A stretch of 64,000 nt of DNA, taken from Bugula neritina. Its lineage: Eukaryota > Animalia > Bryozoa. The notes under the pieces were generated by a model, which was not told the origin of the DNA, did not search any database, and worked only from the letters and a program-made list of their open reading frames with translations. Numbering within the stretch: the first letter of the stretch is position 1; each line of letters begins with the position of its first letter. Below are positions 28,801 through 44,749 of this stretch, one piece after another. The position numbers were made by a program, and so were the translations under genes. Location of the stretch: assembly GCA_964035545.1 (NCBI GenBank), contig CAXIUT010000097.1, positions 372,001 to 436,000 on the forward strand, in the 5' to 3' direction.

Positions 28801-31800
28801 CTACAACATACTGCAACATGCTAGTAGCTGCATTATACTGAAATACACTGCTACATACTGAAATATACTGCAAAACACAGCAACATACTGCAACATACTA
28901 AAATATACTGCAACATACTAGAATACACTGTAACATAATGAATTACACTGCAACACATTGAAATATACTGCAAAATACTGAAATACACTGCTATATACTG
29001 AAATATACTGCAACACACTACAACATACTGCAACATGCTAAAATCTACTGCAACGAACTGAAATACCCTGCAAAATACTGAAATACACTGTAAGATACTG
29101 AAATACACTGCTACATACTGAAATATACTGCAACACACTGCAACATACTGCAACATACTAAAATATACTGCAACATACTGAAATACACTGCAGAATACTG
29201 AAATACACTGTAACATACTGAAATATACTGCAAAACACTGAAATACACTGCTACATACTGAAATATACTGCAACACACTGCGACATACTGCAACATACTA
29301 AAATACACTGTAACATATTGAAATACACTGCAACACATTGAAATATACTGCAATGTACCGAAATATATGGTAAACTACTGAAATATACTGTCACACATTG
29401 AAAAATACTGCAACATACTGAAATATACTGCGACACATTGCAATATACTGTAACATACTGAAATATGCTGTAGCACACTGAAATACACTGCAACTCACTG
29501 AAATATACTGCAACATACTGAAATACACTGTAACATATTGAAATATACTGCAACATACTGAAATACACTGCTACATACTAAATTTTACTGCAACATACTG
29601 CAACATAGTGAAATACACTGTAACATACTGAAATACACTGCAACATAATGAAATATACTACAACATATTGAAATACACTGCAACACATTGAAATATACTG
29701 CATTATACCTAAATATACGGTGATATACCAAAATATACTGTAACACATTTAAAAATACTGCAACATACTGAAATACACTGCAAAAAACTGTAACACACTG
29801 AAATAAACTGCAACACACTGCAACATACTGCAACATACTAAAATATACTGTAACATATTGAAATAGACTGCAACACATTGAAATATACTGTAAATTACTG
29901 AAATACACTGCTAAATACTGAAATATACTGCAACACACTGCAAGATACTGCAACATACTAAAATATATTGCAACATACTGAAATACACTGCAGAATACTG
30001 AAATACACTGTAACATACTGAAATATACTGCAAAATACTGAAATACACTGCTACATACTGAAATATACTGCAACACACTGCGACATACTGCAACATACTA
30101 AATTACACTGTAACATATTGAAATACACTGCAACACATTGAAATATACTGCAATGTACCGAAATATATGGTCAACTACTGAAATATACTGTCACACATTG
30201 AAAAACACTGCAACATACTGAAATATACTGCGACACATTGCAATATACTCTAACATACTGAAATATGCTGTAGCACACTGAAATACACTGCAACTCACTG
30301 AAATATACTGCAACATACTGAAATACACTGTAACATATTGAAATATACTGCAACATACTGAAATACAGTGCTACATACTGAAATATACTGCAACATACTG
30401 CAACATAGTGAAATCCACTGCAACATACTGCAAGACAGTGAAATACACTGTAACATACTGAAATACACCCCAAAATACTACAACATTTTGAAATGCACTG
30501 TAACATATTGAAATACACTGCAACACATTGAAATGTACTGCAACATACCTAAATATACGGTAATATACCAAAATATACTGTAACACATTGAAAAATACTG
30601 CAACATACTGAAATACACTGCAACACACCGAAAAACACTGAAAATACTGTAACACACTGAAATATACTGCAAAATACTGAAATATACTGCAACATACTGA
30701 AATATACTGCTACATACTGAAATATACTGCAACACACTGCAACATACTGCAACATACTAGAATACACTGTAACATAATGAAATACACTGCAACACATTGA
30801 AATATACTGCAAAATACTGAAATACACTGCTATATATTGAAATACACTGCAACACACTACAACATACTGCAACATGCTAAAAGCTGCAACATACTGAAAT
30901 ACACTGCTACATACTGAAATATACTGCAACACATTGCAACATACTGCAACATACTAAAGTATACTGCAACATACTGAAATACACTGCAGAATACTGAAAT
31001 ACACTGTAAGATACTGAAATATACTGCAAAATACTGAAATACATTGCTACATACTGAAATATACTGCAACACACTGCGACATACTGCAACATACTAAAAT
31101 AAACTGTAACATATTGAAATACACTGCAACACATTGAAATATATTGCAATGTACCGAAATATATGGTAAACTACTGAAATATACTGTCACACATTGAAAA
31201 ATACTGCAACATACTGAAATATACTGCGACACATTGCAATATACTGTAACATACTGAAATATCCTGTAGCACACTGAAATACACTGCAACATACTGAAAT
31301 ACACTGTAACATATTGAAATATACTGCAACATACTGAAATACAGTGCTACATACTGAAATATACTGCAACATACTGCAACATAGTGAAATTCACTGTAAC
31401 ATACTGAAAAACACTGCAACATACTACAACATATTGAAATACACTGCAACACATTGAAATATACTGCAACATACCTAAATATACGGTGATATACCAAAAT
31501 AAACTGTAACACATTTAAAAATACTGCAACATACTGAAATACACTGCAACACTCTGAAATACACTGCAAAATACTGTAACACACTGAAATATACTGCAAC
31601 ACACTGCAACATACTGCAACATACTAGAATACACTGTAACATATTGAAATATACTGCAACATACTGAAATACACTGCTATATACTGAAATATACTGCAAC
31701 ACACTACAACATACTGCAACATGCTAAAATATACTGCAACATACTGAAATACCCTGCAAAATACTGAAATACACTGTAACATACTGAAGTATACTGCAAC

Positions 31801-34800
31801 ATACTGAAATACACTGCTACATACTGAAACATACTGCAACACACAGCAACATACTGCAACATACTAAAATACACTGTAACATATTGGAATACACTGCAAC
31901 ACATTGAAATATACTGCAAAATACTGAAATACACTGCTGCATACTGAAATTTACTGCGACACACTGCAACATACTGAAATATACTGCAAAATACTGAAAT
32001 ACACTGCTATATACTGAAATACACTGCAACACACTACAACATACTGCAACATGCTAAAATATACTGCAACATACCTAAATATACGGTAAAATACCAAAAT
32101 ATACTGTAACACATTGAAAAATACTGCAACATACTGAAATACACTGCTACATACTGAAATATACTGCAACACACAGCAACTTACTGCAACATACTAAAAT
32201 ATACTGCAACATACTGAAATACACTGCAAAATATTCAAATACACTGTAACATATTGAAATATACTGCAACATACTGAAATACAGTGCTACATACTGAAAT
32301 ATACTGCAACATACTGCAACATAGTGAAATACACTGCAACATACTGCAAGATAGTGAAATACACTGTAACATACTGAAATACACCGCAAAAAACTACAAC
32401 ATATTGAAATGCACTGTAACCTATTGAAATACACTGCAACACATTGAAATATACTGCAACATACCTAAATATACGGTAAAATACCAAAATATACTGTAAC
32501 ACATTGAAAAATACTGCAACATACTGAAATACACTGCAACACACCGAAAAACACTGAAATTACTGTAACACACTGAAATATACTGCAAAATACTGAAATA
32601 TACTGCAAAATACTGAAATACACTGCTACATACTGAAATATACTGCAACACACTACAACATACTGCAACATGCTAGTAGCTGCATTATACTGAAATACAC
32701 TGCTACATACTGAAATATACTGCAAAACACAGCAACATACTGCAACATACTAAAATATACTGCAACATACTAGAATACACTGTAACATAATGAATTACAC
32801 TGCAACACATTGAAATATACTGCAAAATACTGAAATACACTGCTATATACTGAAATATACTGCAACACACTACAACATACTGCAACATGCTAAAATCTAC
32901 TGCAACGAACTGAAATACCCTGCAAAATACTGAAATACACTGTAAGATACTGAAATACACTGCTACATACTGAAATATACTGCAACACACTGCAACATAC
33001 TGCAACATACCAAAATATACTGCAACATACTGAAATACACTGCAGAATACTGAAATACACTGTAACATACTGAAATATACTGCAAAATACTGAAATACAC
33101 TGCTACATACTGAAATATACTGCAACACACTGTGACATACTGCAACATACTAAAATACACTGTAACACATTGAAATACACTGCAACACATTGAAATATAC
33201 TGCAATGTACCGAAATATATGGTAAACTACTGAAATATACTGTCACACATTGAAAAATACTGCAACATACTGAAATATACTGCGACACATTGCAATATAC
33301 TGTAACATACTGAAATATGCTGTAGCACACTGAAATACACTGCAACTCACTGAAATATACTGCAACATACTGAAATACACTGTAACATATTGAAATATAC
33401 TGCAACATACTGAAATACACTGCTACATACTAAATTTTACTGCAACATACTGCAACATAGTGAAATACACTGTAACATACTGAAATACACTGCAACATAC
33501 TGCAACATATTGAAATAAACTGCAACACATTGAAATATACTGCATTATACCTAAATATACGGTGATATACCAAAATATACTGTAACACATTTAAAAATAC
33601 TGCAACATACTGAAATACACTGCAAAAAACTGTAACACACTGAAATAAACTGCAACACACTGCAACATACTGCAACATACTAAAATATACTGTAACATAT
33701 TGAAATAGACTGCAACACATTGAAATATACTGTAAATTACTGAAATACACTGCTAAATACTGAAATATACTGCAACACACTGCAAGATACTGCAACATAC
33801 TAAAATATATTGCAACATACTGAAATACACTGCAGAATACTGAAATACACTGTAACATACTGAAATATACTGCAAAATACTGAAATACACTGCTACATAC
33901 TGAAATATACTGCAACACACTGCGACATACTGCAACATACTAAATTACACTGTAACATATTGAAATACACTGCAACACATTGAAATATACTGCAATGTAC
34001 CGAAATATATGGTCAACTACTGAAATATACTGTCACACATTGCAATATACTCTAACATACTGAAATATGCTGTAGCACACTGAAATACACTGCAACTCAC
34101 TGAAATATACTGCAACATACTGAAATACACTGTAACATATTGAAATATACTGCAACATACTGAAATACAGTGCTACATACTGAAATATACTGCAACATAC
34201 TGCAACATAGTGAAATACACTGCAACATACTGCAAGATAGTGAAATACACTGTAACATACTGAATTACACCGCAAAATACTGCAACATATTGAAATGCAC
34301 TGTAACATATTGAAATACACTGCAACACATTGAAATATACTGCAACATACCTAAATATACGGTATTATACCAAAATATACTGTAACACATTGAAAAATAC
34401 TGCAACATACTGAAATACACTGCAACACACCGAAAAACACTGAAAATACTGTAACACACTGAAATATACTGCAAAATACTGAAATATACTGCAAAATACT
34501 GAAATACACTGCTACATACTGAAATATACTGCAACACACCGCAACATACTGCAACATACTAAAGTATACTGCAACATACTGAAATACACTGCAAAATACT
34601 GAAATACACTATAACATACTGAAATATACTGCAACATACTGAAATACACTGCTACATACTGAAATATACTGCAACACACAGCAACATACTGCAACATACT
34701 AAAATACACTGTAACATATTGGAATACCCTGCAACACATTGAAATATACTGCAACATACCTAAATATACGGTGATATACCAAAATAAACTGTAACACATT

Positions 34801-36470
34801 TAAAAATACTGCAACATACTGAAATACACTGCAACACTCTGAAATACACTGCAAAATACTGTAACACACTGAAATATACTGCAACACACTGCAACATACT
34901 GCAACATACTAGAATACACTGTAACATATTGAAATATACTGCAATATACTGAAATACACTGCTATATACCGAAATATACTGCAACACACTACAACATACT
35001 GCAACATGCTGAAATATACTGCAACATACTGAAATACCCTGCAAAATGTACTGAAATACACTGTAACATACTGAAGTATACTGCAACATACTGAAATACA
35101 CTGCTACATACTGAAATTTACTGCGACACACTGCAACATACTGCAACATACTAAAATGCACTGTAACATAGTGAAATAGACTGCAACACATTGAAATATA
35201 CTGCAAAATACTGAAATACACTGCTATATACTGAAATTTACTGCAACACACTGCAACATACTGCAACATACTAAAATATACTGCAACATACTGAAATACA
35301 CTGCAAAATATTCAAATACACTGTAACATATTGAAATATACTGCAACATACGGAAATACAGTGCTACATACTGAAATATACTGCAACATACTGCAACATA
35401 GTGAAATACACTGCAACATACTGCAAGATAGCGAAATACACTGTAACATACTGAAATATACTGCAAAATACTGAAATACACTGCTACATACTGAAATATA
35501 CTGCAACACACTGCGACATACTGCAACATACTAAAATACACTGTAACATATTGAAATACACTGCAACACATTGAAATATACTGCAATGTACCGAAATATA
35601 TGGTAAACTACTGAAATATACTGTCACACATTGAAAAACACTGCAACATACTGAAATATACTGCGACACATTGCAATATACTGTAACATACTGAAATATG
35701 CTGTAGCACACTGAAATACACTGCAACTCACTGAAATATACTGCAACATACTGAAATACACTGTAACATATTGAAATATACTGCAACATACTGAAATACA
35801 CTGCTACATACTAAATTTTACTGCAACATACTGCAACATAGTGAAATACACTGTAACATACTGAAATACACTGCAACATACTGCAACATATTGAAATACA
35901 CTGCAACACATTGAAATATACTGCATTATACCTGAATATACGGTGATATACCAAAATATACTGTAACACATTTAAAAATACTGCAACATACTGAAATACA
36001 CTGCAAAAAACTGTAACACACTGAAATAAACTGCAACACACTGCAACATACTGCAACATACTAAAATATACTGTAACATATTGAAATAGACTGCAACACA
36101 TTGAAACATACTGTAAATTACTGAAATACACTGCTAAATACTGAAATATACTGCAACACACTGCAAGATACTGCAACATACTAAAATATATTGCAACATA
36201 CTGAAATACACTGCAGAATACTGAAATACACTGTAACATACTGAAATATACTGCAAAATACTGAAATACACAGCTACATACTGAAATATACTGCAACACA
36301 CTGCGACATACTGCAACATACTAAATTACACTGTAACATATTGAAATACACTGCAACACATTGAAATATACTGCAATGTACCGAAATATATGGTCAACTA
36401 CTGAAATATACTGTCACACATTGAAAAACACTGCAACATACTGAAATATACTGCGACACATTGCAATATA
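10830..36470 (+). repeat. Three tandem copies of a ~9.07-kb super-unit (copy 1 ~10830-19900; copy 2 ~19900-27900 with a 1077-bp deletion; copy 3 ~27900-36470 with net 117- and 380-bp losses)
   Basis: ORF offsets: 10966/20039 = 9073; 12516/20512 through 20039/28035 = 7996; 10966/28035 through 14882/31951 = 17069; then 16952 (15195/32147) and 16572 (18912/35484). Confidence 0.88.
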
Positions 36471-36729
36471 CTGTAACATACTGAAATATGCTGTAGCACA
36501 CTGAAATACACTGCAACTCACTGAAATATACTGCAACATACTGAAATACACTGTAACATATTGAAATATACTGCAACATACTGAAATACAGTGCTACATA
36601 CTGAAATATACTGCAACATACTGCAACATAGTGAAATACACTGCAACATACTGCAAGATAGTGAAATACACTGTAACATACTGAATTACACCGCAAAATA
36701 CTGCAACATATTGAAATGCACTGTAACAT

Positions 36730-39700
36730 ATTGAAATACACTGCAACACATTGAAATATACTGCAACATACCTAAATATACGGTGATATACCAAAATAAA
36801 CTGTAACACATTTAAAAATACTGCAAAATACTGAAATACACTGCAACACTCTGAAATACACTGCAAAATACTGTAACACACTGAAATATACTGCAACACA
36901 CTGCAACATACTGCAACATACTAGAATACACTGTAACATATTGAAATATACTGCAATATACTGAAATACACTGCTATATACCGAAATATACTGCAACACA
37001 CTACAACATACTGCAACATGCTAAAATATACTGCAACATACTGAAATACCCTGCAAAATATACTGAAATACACTGTAACATACTGAAGTATACTGCAACA
37101 TACTGAAATACACTGCTACATACTGAAATTTACTGCGACACACTGCAACATACTGCAACATACTAAAATGCACTGTAACATAGTGAAATAGACTGCAACA
37201 CATTGAAATATACTGCAAAATACTGAAATACACTGCTATATACTGAAATTTACTGCAACACACTGCAACATACTGCAACATACTAAAATATACCGCAACA
37301 TACTGAAATACACTGCAAAATATTCAAATACACTGTAACATATTGAAATATACTGCAACATACGGAAATACAGTGCTACATACTGAAATATACTGCAACA
37401 TACTGCAACATAGTGAAATACACTGCAACATACTGCAAGATAGTGAAATACACTGTAACATACTGGAGTATACTGCAACATGCTGAAATACACTGCTACA
37501 TACTGAAATATACTGCAACACACAGCAACATACTGCAACATACTAAAATACACTGTGACATGTTGGAATACACTGCAACACATTGAAATATACTGCAAAA
37601 TACTGAAATACACTGCTACATACTTAAATATACTGCGACACACTGCAACATACTGCAACATACTAAAATACACTGTAACATATTGAAATAGACTGCAACA
37701 CAATGAAATATACTGTAAAATACTAAAATACACTGCTAAATACTGAAATATACTGCAACACACTGCAAGATACTGCAACATACTAAAATATACTGCAACA
37801 TACTGAAATACACTGCAGAATACTGAAATACACTGTAACATACTGAAATACACTGCAAAATACTGAAATACACTGCTACATACTGAAATATACTGCAACA
37901 CACTGCGACATACTGCAACATACTAAAATACACTGTAACATATTGAAATACACTGCAACACATTGAAATATACTGCAATGTACCGAAATATATGGTAAAC
38001 TACTGAAATATACTGTCACACATTGAAAAACACTGCAACATACTGAAATATACTGCAACATACTGAAATACACTGTAACATATTGAAATATACTGCAACA
38101 TACTGAAATACAGTGCTACATACTGAAATATACTGCAACATACTGCAACATAGTGAAATAAACTGCAACATACTGCAAGATAGTGAAATACACTGTAACA
38201 TACTGAAATACACCGCAAAATACTACAACATATTGAAATACACTGCAACACATTGAAATGTACTGCAACATACCTAAATATACGGTAATATACCAAAATA
38301 TACTGTAACACATTGAAAAATACTGCAACATACTGAAATACACTGCAACACACCGAAAAACACTGAAAATACTGTAACACACTGAAATATACTGCAAAAT
38401 ACTGAAATATACTGCAACATACTGAAATATACTGCTACATACTGAAATATACTGCAACACACTGCAACATACTGCAACATACTAGAATACACTGTAACAT
38501 AATGAAATACACTGCAACACATTGAAATATACTGCAAAATACTGAAATACGCTGCTATATACTGAAATACACTGCAACACACTACAACATACTGCAACAT
38601 GCTAAAAGCTGCAACATACTGAAATACACTGCTACATACTGAAATATACTGCAACACATTGCAACATACTGCAACATACTAAAGTATACTGCAACATACT
38701 GAAATACACTGCAGAATACTGAAATACACTGTAAGATACTGAAATATACTGCAAAATACTGAAATACATTGCTACATACAGAAATATACTGCAACACACT
38801 GCGACATACTGCAACATACTAAAATACACTGTAACATATTGAAATACACTGCAACACATTGAAATATATTGCAATGTACCGAAATATATGGTAAACTACT
38901 GAAATATACTGTCACACATTGAAAAATACTGCAACATACTGAAATATACTGCGACACATTGCAATATACTGTAACATACTGAAATATCCTGTAGCACACT
39001 GAAATACACTGCAACATACTGAAATACACTGTAACATATTGAAATATACTGCAACATACTGAAATACAGTGCTACATACTGAAATATACTGCAACATACT
39101 GCAACATAGTGAAATTCACTGTAACATACTGAAAAACACTGCAACATACTACAACATATTGAAATACACTGCAACACATTGAAATATACTGCAACATACC
39201 TAAATATACGGTGATATACCAAAATAAACTGTAACACATTTAAAAATACTGCAACATACTGAAATACACTGCAACACTCTGAAATACACTGCAAAATACT
39301 GTAACACACTGAAATATACTGCAACACACTGCAACATACTGCAACATACTAGAATACACTGTAACATATTGAAATATACTGCAACATACTGAAATACACT
39401 GCTATATACTGAAATATACTGCAACACATTACAACATACTGCAACATGCTAAAATATACTGCAACATACTGAAATACCCTGCAAAATACTGAAATACACT
39501 GTAACATACTGAAGTATACTGCAACATACTGAAATACACTGCTACATACTGAAACATACTGCAACACACAGCAACATACTGCAACATACTAAAATACACT
39601 GTAACATATTGGAATACACTGCAACACCTTGAAATATACTGCAAAATACTGAAATACACTGCTACATACTGAAATTTACTGCGACACACTGCAACATACT

Positions 39701-40340
39701 GCAACATACTAAAATGCGCTGTAACATAGTGAAATAGACTGCAACACATTGAAATATACTGCAAAATACTGAAGTACACTGCTATATACTGAAATACACT
39801 GCAACACGCTACAACATACTGCAACATGCTAAAATATACTGCAACATACTGAAATACACTGCAAAATACTGAAATACACTGTAACATACTGAAGTATACT
39901 GCAACATACTGAATCACACTGCTACATACTGAAATATACTGCAAAATACTGAAATACACTGCTATATACTGAAATACACTGCAACACACTACAACATACT
40001 GCAACATGCTAAAAGCTGCAACATACTGAAATACACTGCTACATACTGAAATATACTGCAACACACAGCAACTTACTGCAACATACTAAAATATACTGCA
40101 ACATACTGAAATACACTGCAAAATATTCAAATACACTGTAACATACTGAAATATACTGCGACACATTGCAATATACTGTAACATACTGAAATATCCTGTA
40201 GCACACTGAAATACACTGCAACTCACTGAAATATACTGCAACATACTGAAATACACTGTAACATATTGAAATATACTGCAACATACTGAAATACAGTGCT
40301 ACATACTGAAATATACTGCAACATACTGCAACATAGTGAA
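36730..40340 (+). repeat. Dispersed copy of ~450-4075 (offset 36283, then 36263 after a 20-bp loss)
   Basis: ORF offsets 489/36772, 953/37236 and 1717/38000 equal 36283; 2011/38274 and 3166/39429 equal 36263. Rare variants CTACATACTTAAATAT (~1341/37624) and ACACGCTACA (~3541/39804) are shared. Confidence 0.88.
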
Positions 40341-43300
40341 ATAAACTGCAACATACTGCAAGATATTGAAATGCACTGTAACATATTGAAATACACTGCA
40401 ACACATTGAAATATACTGCAACATACCTAAATATACGGTAATATACCAAAATATACTGTAACACATTGAAAAATACTGCAGCATACTGAAATACACTGCA
40501 ACACACCGAAAAACACTTAAAATACTGTAAAACACTGAAATATACTGCAAAATACTGAAATATACTGCAAAATACCGAAATACACTGCTACATACTGAAA
40601 TATACTGCAACACACCGCAACATACTGCAACATACTAAAGTATACTGCAACATACTGAAATACACTGCAAAATACTGAAATACACTATAACATACTGAAA
40701 TATACTGCAACATACTGAAATATACTGCTACATACTGAAATATACTGCAAAACACTGCAACATACTAGAATACACTGTAACATAATGAAATACACTGCAA
40801 CACATTGAAATATACTGCAAAATACTGAAATACACTGCTAGATACTGAAATACACTGCAACACACTACAACATACTGCAACATGCTAAAAGCTGCAACAT
40901 ACTGAAATACACTGCTACATACTGAAATACACTATAACATACTGAAATATACTGCAACATACTGAAATATACTGTAACATACTGAAGTATACTGCAACAT
41001 ACTGAATCACACTGCTACATACTGAAATATACTGCAAAATACTGAAATACACTGCTATATACTGAAATACACTGCAACACACTACAACATACTGCAACAT
41101 GCTAAAAGCTGCAACATACTGAAATACACTGCTACATACTGAAATATACTGCAACACACAGCAACTTACTGCAACATACTAAAATATACTGCAACATACT
41201 GAAATACACTGCAAAATATTCAAATACACTGTAACATATTGAAATATACTGCAACATACTGAAATACAGTGCTACATACTGAAATATACTGCAACATACT
41301 GCAACATAGTGAAATACACTGCAACATACTGCAAGATAGTGAAATACACTGTAACATACTGAAATACACCGCAAAAAACTACAACATATTGAAATGCACT
41401 GTAACCTATTGAAATACACTGCAACACATTGAAATATACTGCAACATACCTAGATATACGGTAATATACCAAAATATACTGTAACACATTAAAAAATACT
41501 GCAACATACTGAAATACACTGCAACACACCGAAAAACACTGAAATTACTGTAACACACTGAAATATACTGCAAAATACTGAAATATACTGCAAAATACTG
41601 AAATACACTGCTACATACTGAAATATTTTGCAACACACTGCAACATACTGCAACATACTAAAGTATACTGCAACATACTGAAATACACTGCAAAATACTG
41701 AAATACACTATAACATACTGAAATATACTTCAACATACTGAAATATACTGCTACATACTGAAATATACTGCAACACACTGCAACATACTGCAACATACTA
41801 GAATACACTGTAACATAATGAAATACACTGCAACACATTGAAATATACTGCAAAATACTGAAATACACTGCTATATACTGAAATACACTGCAACACACTA
41901 CAACATACTGCAACATGCTAGTAGCTGCATTATACTGAAATACACTGCTACATACTGAAATATACTGCAAAACACAGCAACATACTGCAACATACTAAAA
42001 TATACTGCAACATACTAGAATACACTGTAACATAATGAATTACACTGCAACACATTGAAATATACTGCAAAATACTGAAATACACTGCTATATACTGAAA
42101 TATACTGCAACACACTACAACATACTGCAACATGCTAAAATCTACTGCAACGAACTGAAATACCCTGCAAAATACTGAAATACACTGTAAGATACTGAAA
42201 TACACTGCTACATACTGAAATATACTGCAACACACTGCAACATACTGCAACATACTAAAATATACTGCAACATACTGAAATACACTGCAGAATACTGAAA
42301 TACACTGTAACATACTGAAATATACTGCAAAATACTGAAATACACTGCTACATACTGAAATATACTGCAACACACTGCGACATACTGCAACATACTAAAA
42401 TACACTGTAACATATTGAAATACACTGCAACACATTGAAATATACTGCAATGTACCGAAATATATGGTAAACTACTGAAATATACTGTCACACATTGAAA
42501 AATACTGCAACATACTGAAATATACTGCGACACATTGCAATATACTGTAACATACTGAAATATGCTGTAGCACACTGAAATACACTGCAACTCACTGAAA
42601 TATACTGCAACATACTGAAATACACTGTAACATATTGAAATATACTGCAACATACTGAAATACACTGCTACATACTAAATTTTACTGCAACATACTGCAA
42701 CATAGTTAAATACACTGTAACATACTGAAATACACTGCAACATTTTGCAACATATTGAAATACACTGCAACACATTGAAATATACTGCATTATACCTAAA
42801 TATACGGTGATATACCAAAATATACTGTAACACATTTAAAAATACTGCAACATACTGAAATACACTGCAAAAAACTGTAACACACTGAAATAAACTGCAA
42901 CACACTGCAACATACTGCAACATACTAAAATATACTGTAACATATTGAAATAGACTGCAACACATTGAAATATACTGTAAATTACTGAAATACACTGCTA
43001 AATACTGAAATATACTGCAACACACTGCAAGATACTGCAACATGCTAAAATATATTGCAACATACTGAAATACACTGCAGAATACTGAAATACACTGTAA
43101 CATACTTAAATATACTGCAAAATACTGAAATACACTGCTACATACTGAAATATACTGCAACACACTGCGACATACTGCAACATACTAAATTACACTGTAA
43201 CATATTGAAATACACTGCAACACATTGAAATATACTGCAATGTACCGAAATATATGGTCAACTACTGAAATATACTGTCACACATTGAAAAACACTGCAA

Positions 43301-44749
43301 CATACTGAAATATACTGCGACACATTGCAATATACTCTAACATACTGAAATATGCTGTAGCACACTGAAATACACTGCAACTCACTGAAATATACTGCAA
43401 CATACTGAAATACACTGTAACATATTGAAATATACTGCAACATACTGAAATACAGTGCTACATACTGAAATATACTGCAACATACTGCAACATAGTGAAA
43501 TCCACTGCAACATACTGCAAGATAGTGAAATACACTGTAACATACTGAAATACACCGCAAAATACTACAACATTTTGAAATGCACTGTAACATATTGAAA
43601 TACACTGCAACACATTGAAATGTACTGCAACATACCTAAATATACGGTAATATACCAAAATATACTGTAACACATTGAAAAATACTGCAACATACTGAAA
43701 TACACTGCAACACACCGAAAAACACTGAAAATACTGTAACACACTGAAATATACTGCAAAATACTGAAATATACTGCAACATACTGAAATATACTGCTAC
43801 ATACTGAAATATACTGCAACACACTGCAACATACTGCAACATACTAGAATACACTGTAACATAATGAAATACACTGCAACACATTGAAATATACTGCAAA
43901 ATACTGAAATACACTGCTATATACTGAAATACACTGCAACACACTACAACATACTGCAACATGCTAAAAGCTGCAACATACTGAAATACACTGCTACATA
44001 CTGAAATATACTGCAACACATTGCAACATACTGCAACATACTAAAGTATACTGCAACATACTGAAATACACTGCAGAATACTGAAATACACTGTAAGATA
44101 CTGAAATATACTGCAAAATACAGAAATACATTGCTACATACTGAAATATACTGCAACACACTGCGACATACTGCAACATACTAAAATACACTGTAACATA
44201 TTGAAATACACTGCAACACATTGAAATATATTGCAATGTACCGAAATATATGGTAAACTACTGAAATATACTGTCACACATTGAAAAATACTGCAACATA
44301 CTGAAATATACTGCGACACATTGCAATATACTGTAACATACTGAAATATCCTGTAGCACACTGAAATACACTGCAACATACTGAAATACACTGTAACATA
44401 TTGAAATATACTGCAACATACTGAAATACAGTGCTACATACTGAAATATACTGCAACATACTGCAACATAGTGAAATTCACTGTAACATACTGAAAACAC
44501 TGCAACATACTACAACATATTGAAATACACTGCAACACATTGAAATATACTGCAACATACCTAAATATACGGTGATATACCAAAATAAACTGTAACACAT
44601 TTAAAAATACTGCAACATACTGAAATACACTGCAACACTCTGAAATACACTGCAAAATACTGTAACACACTGAAATATACTGCAACACACTGCAACATAC
44701 TGCAACATACTAGAATACACTGTAACATATTGAAATATACTGCAACATA

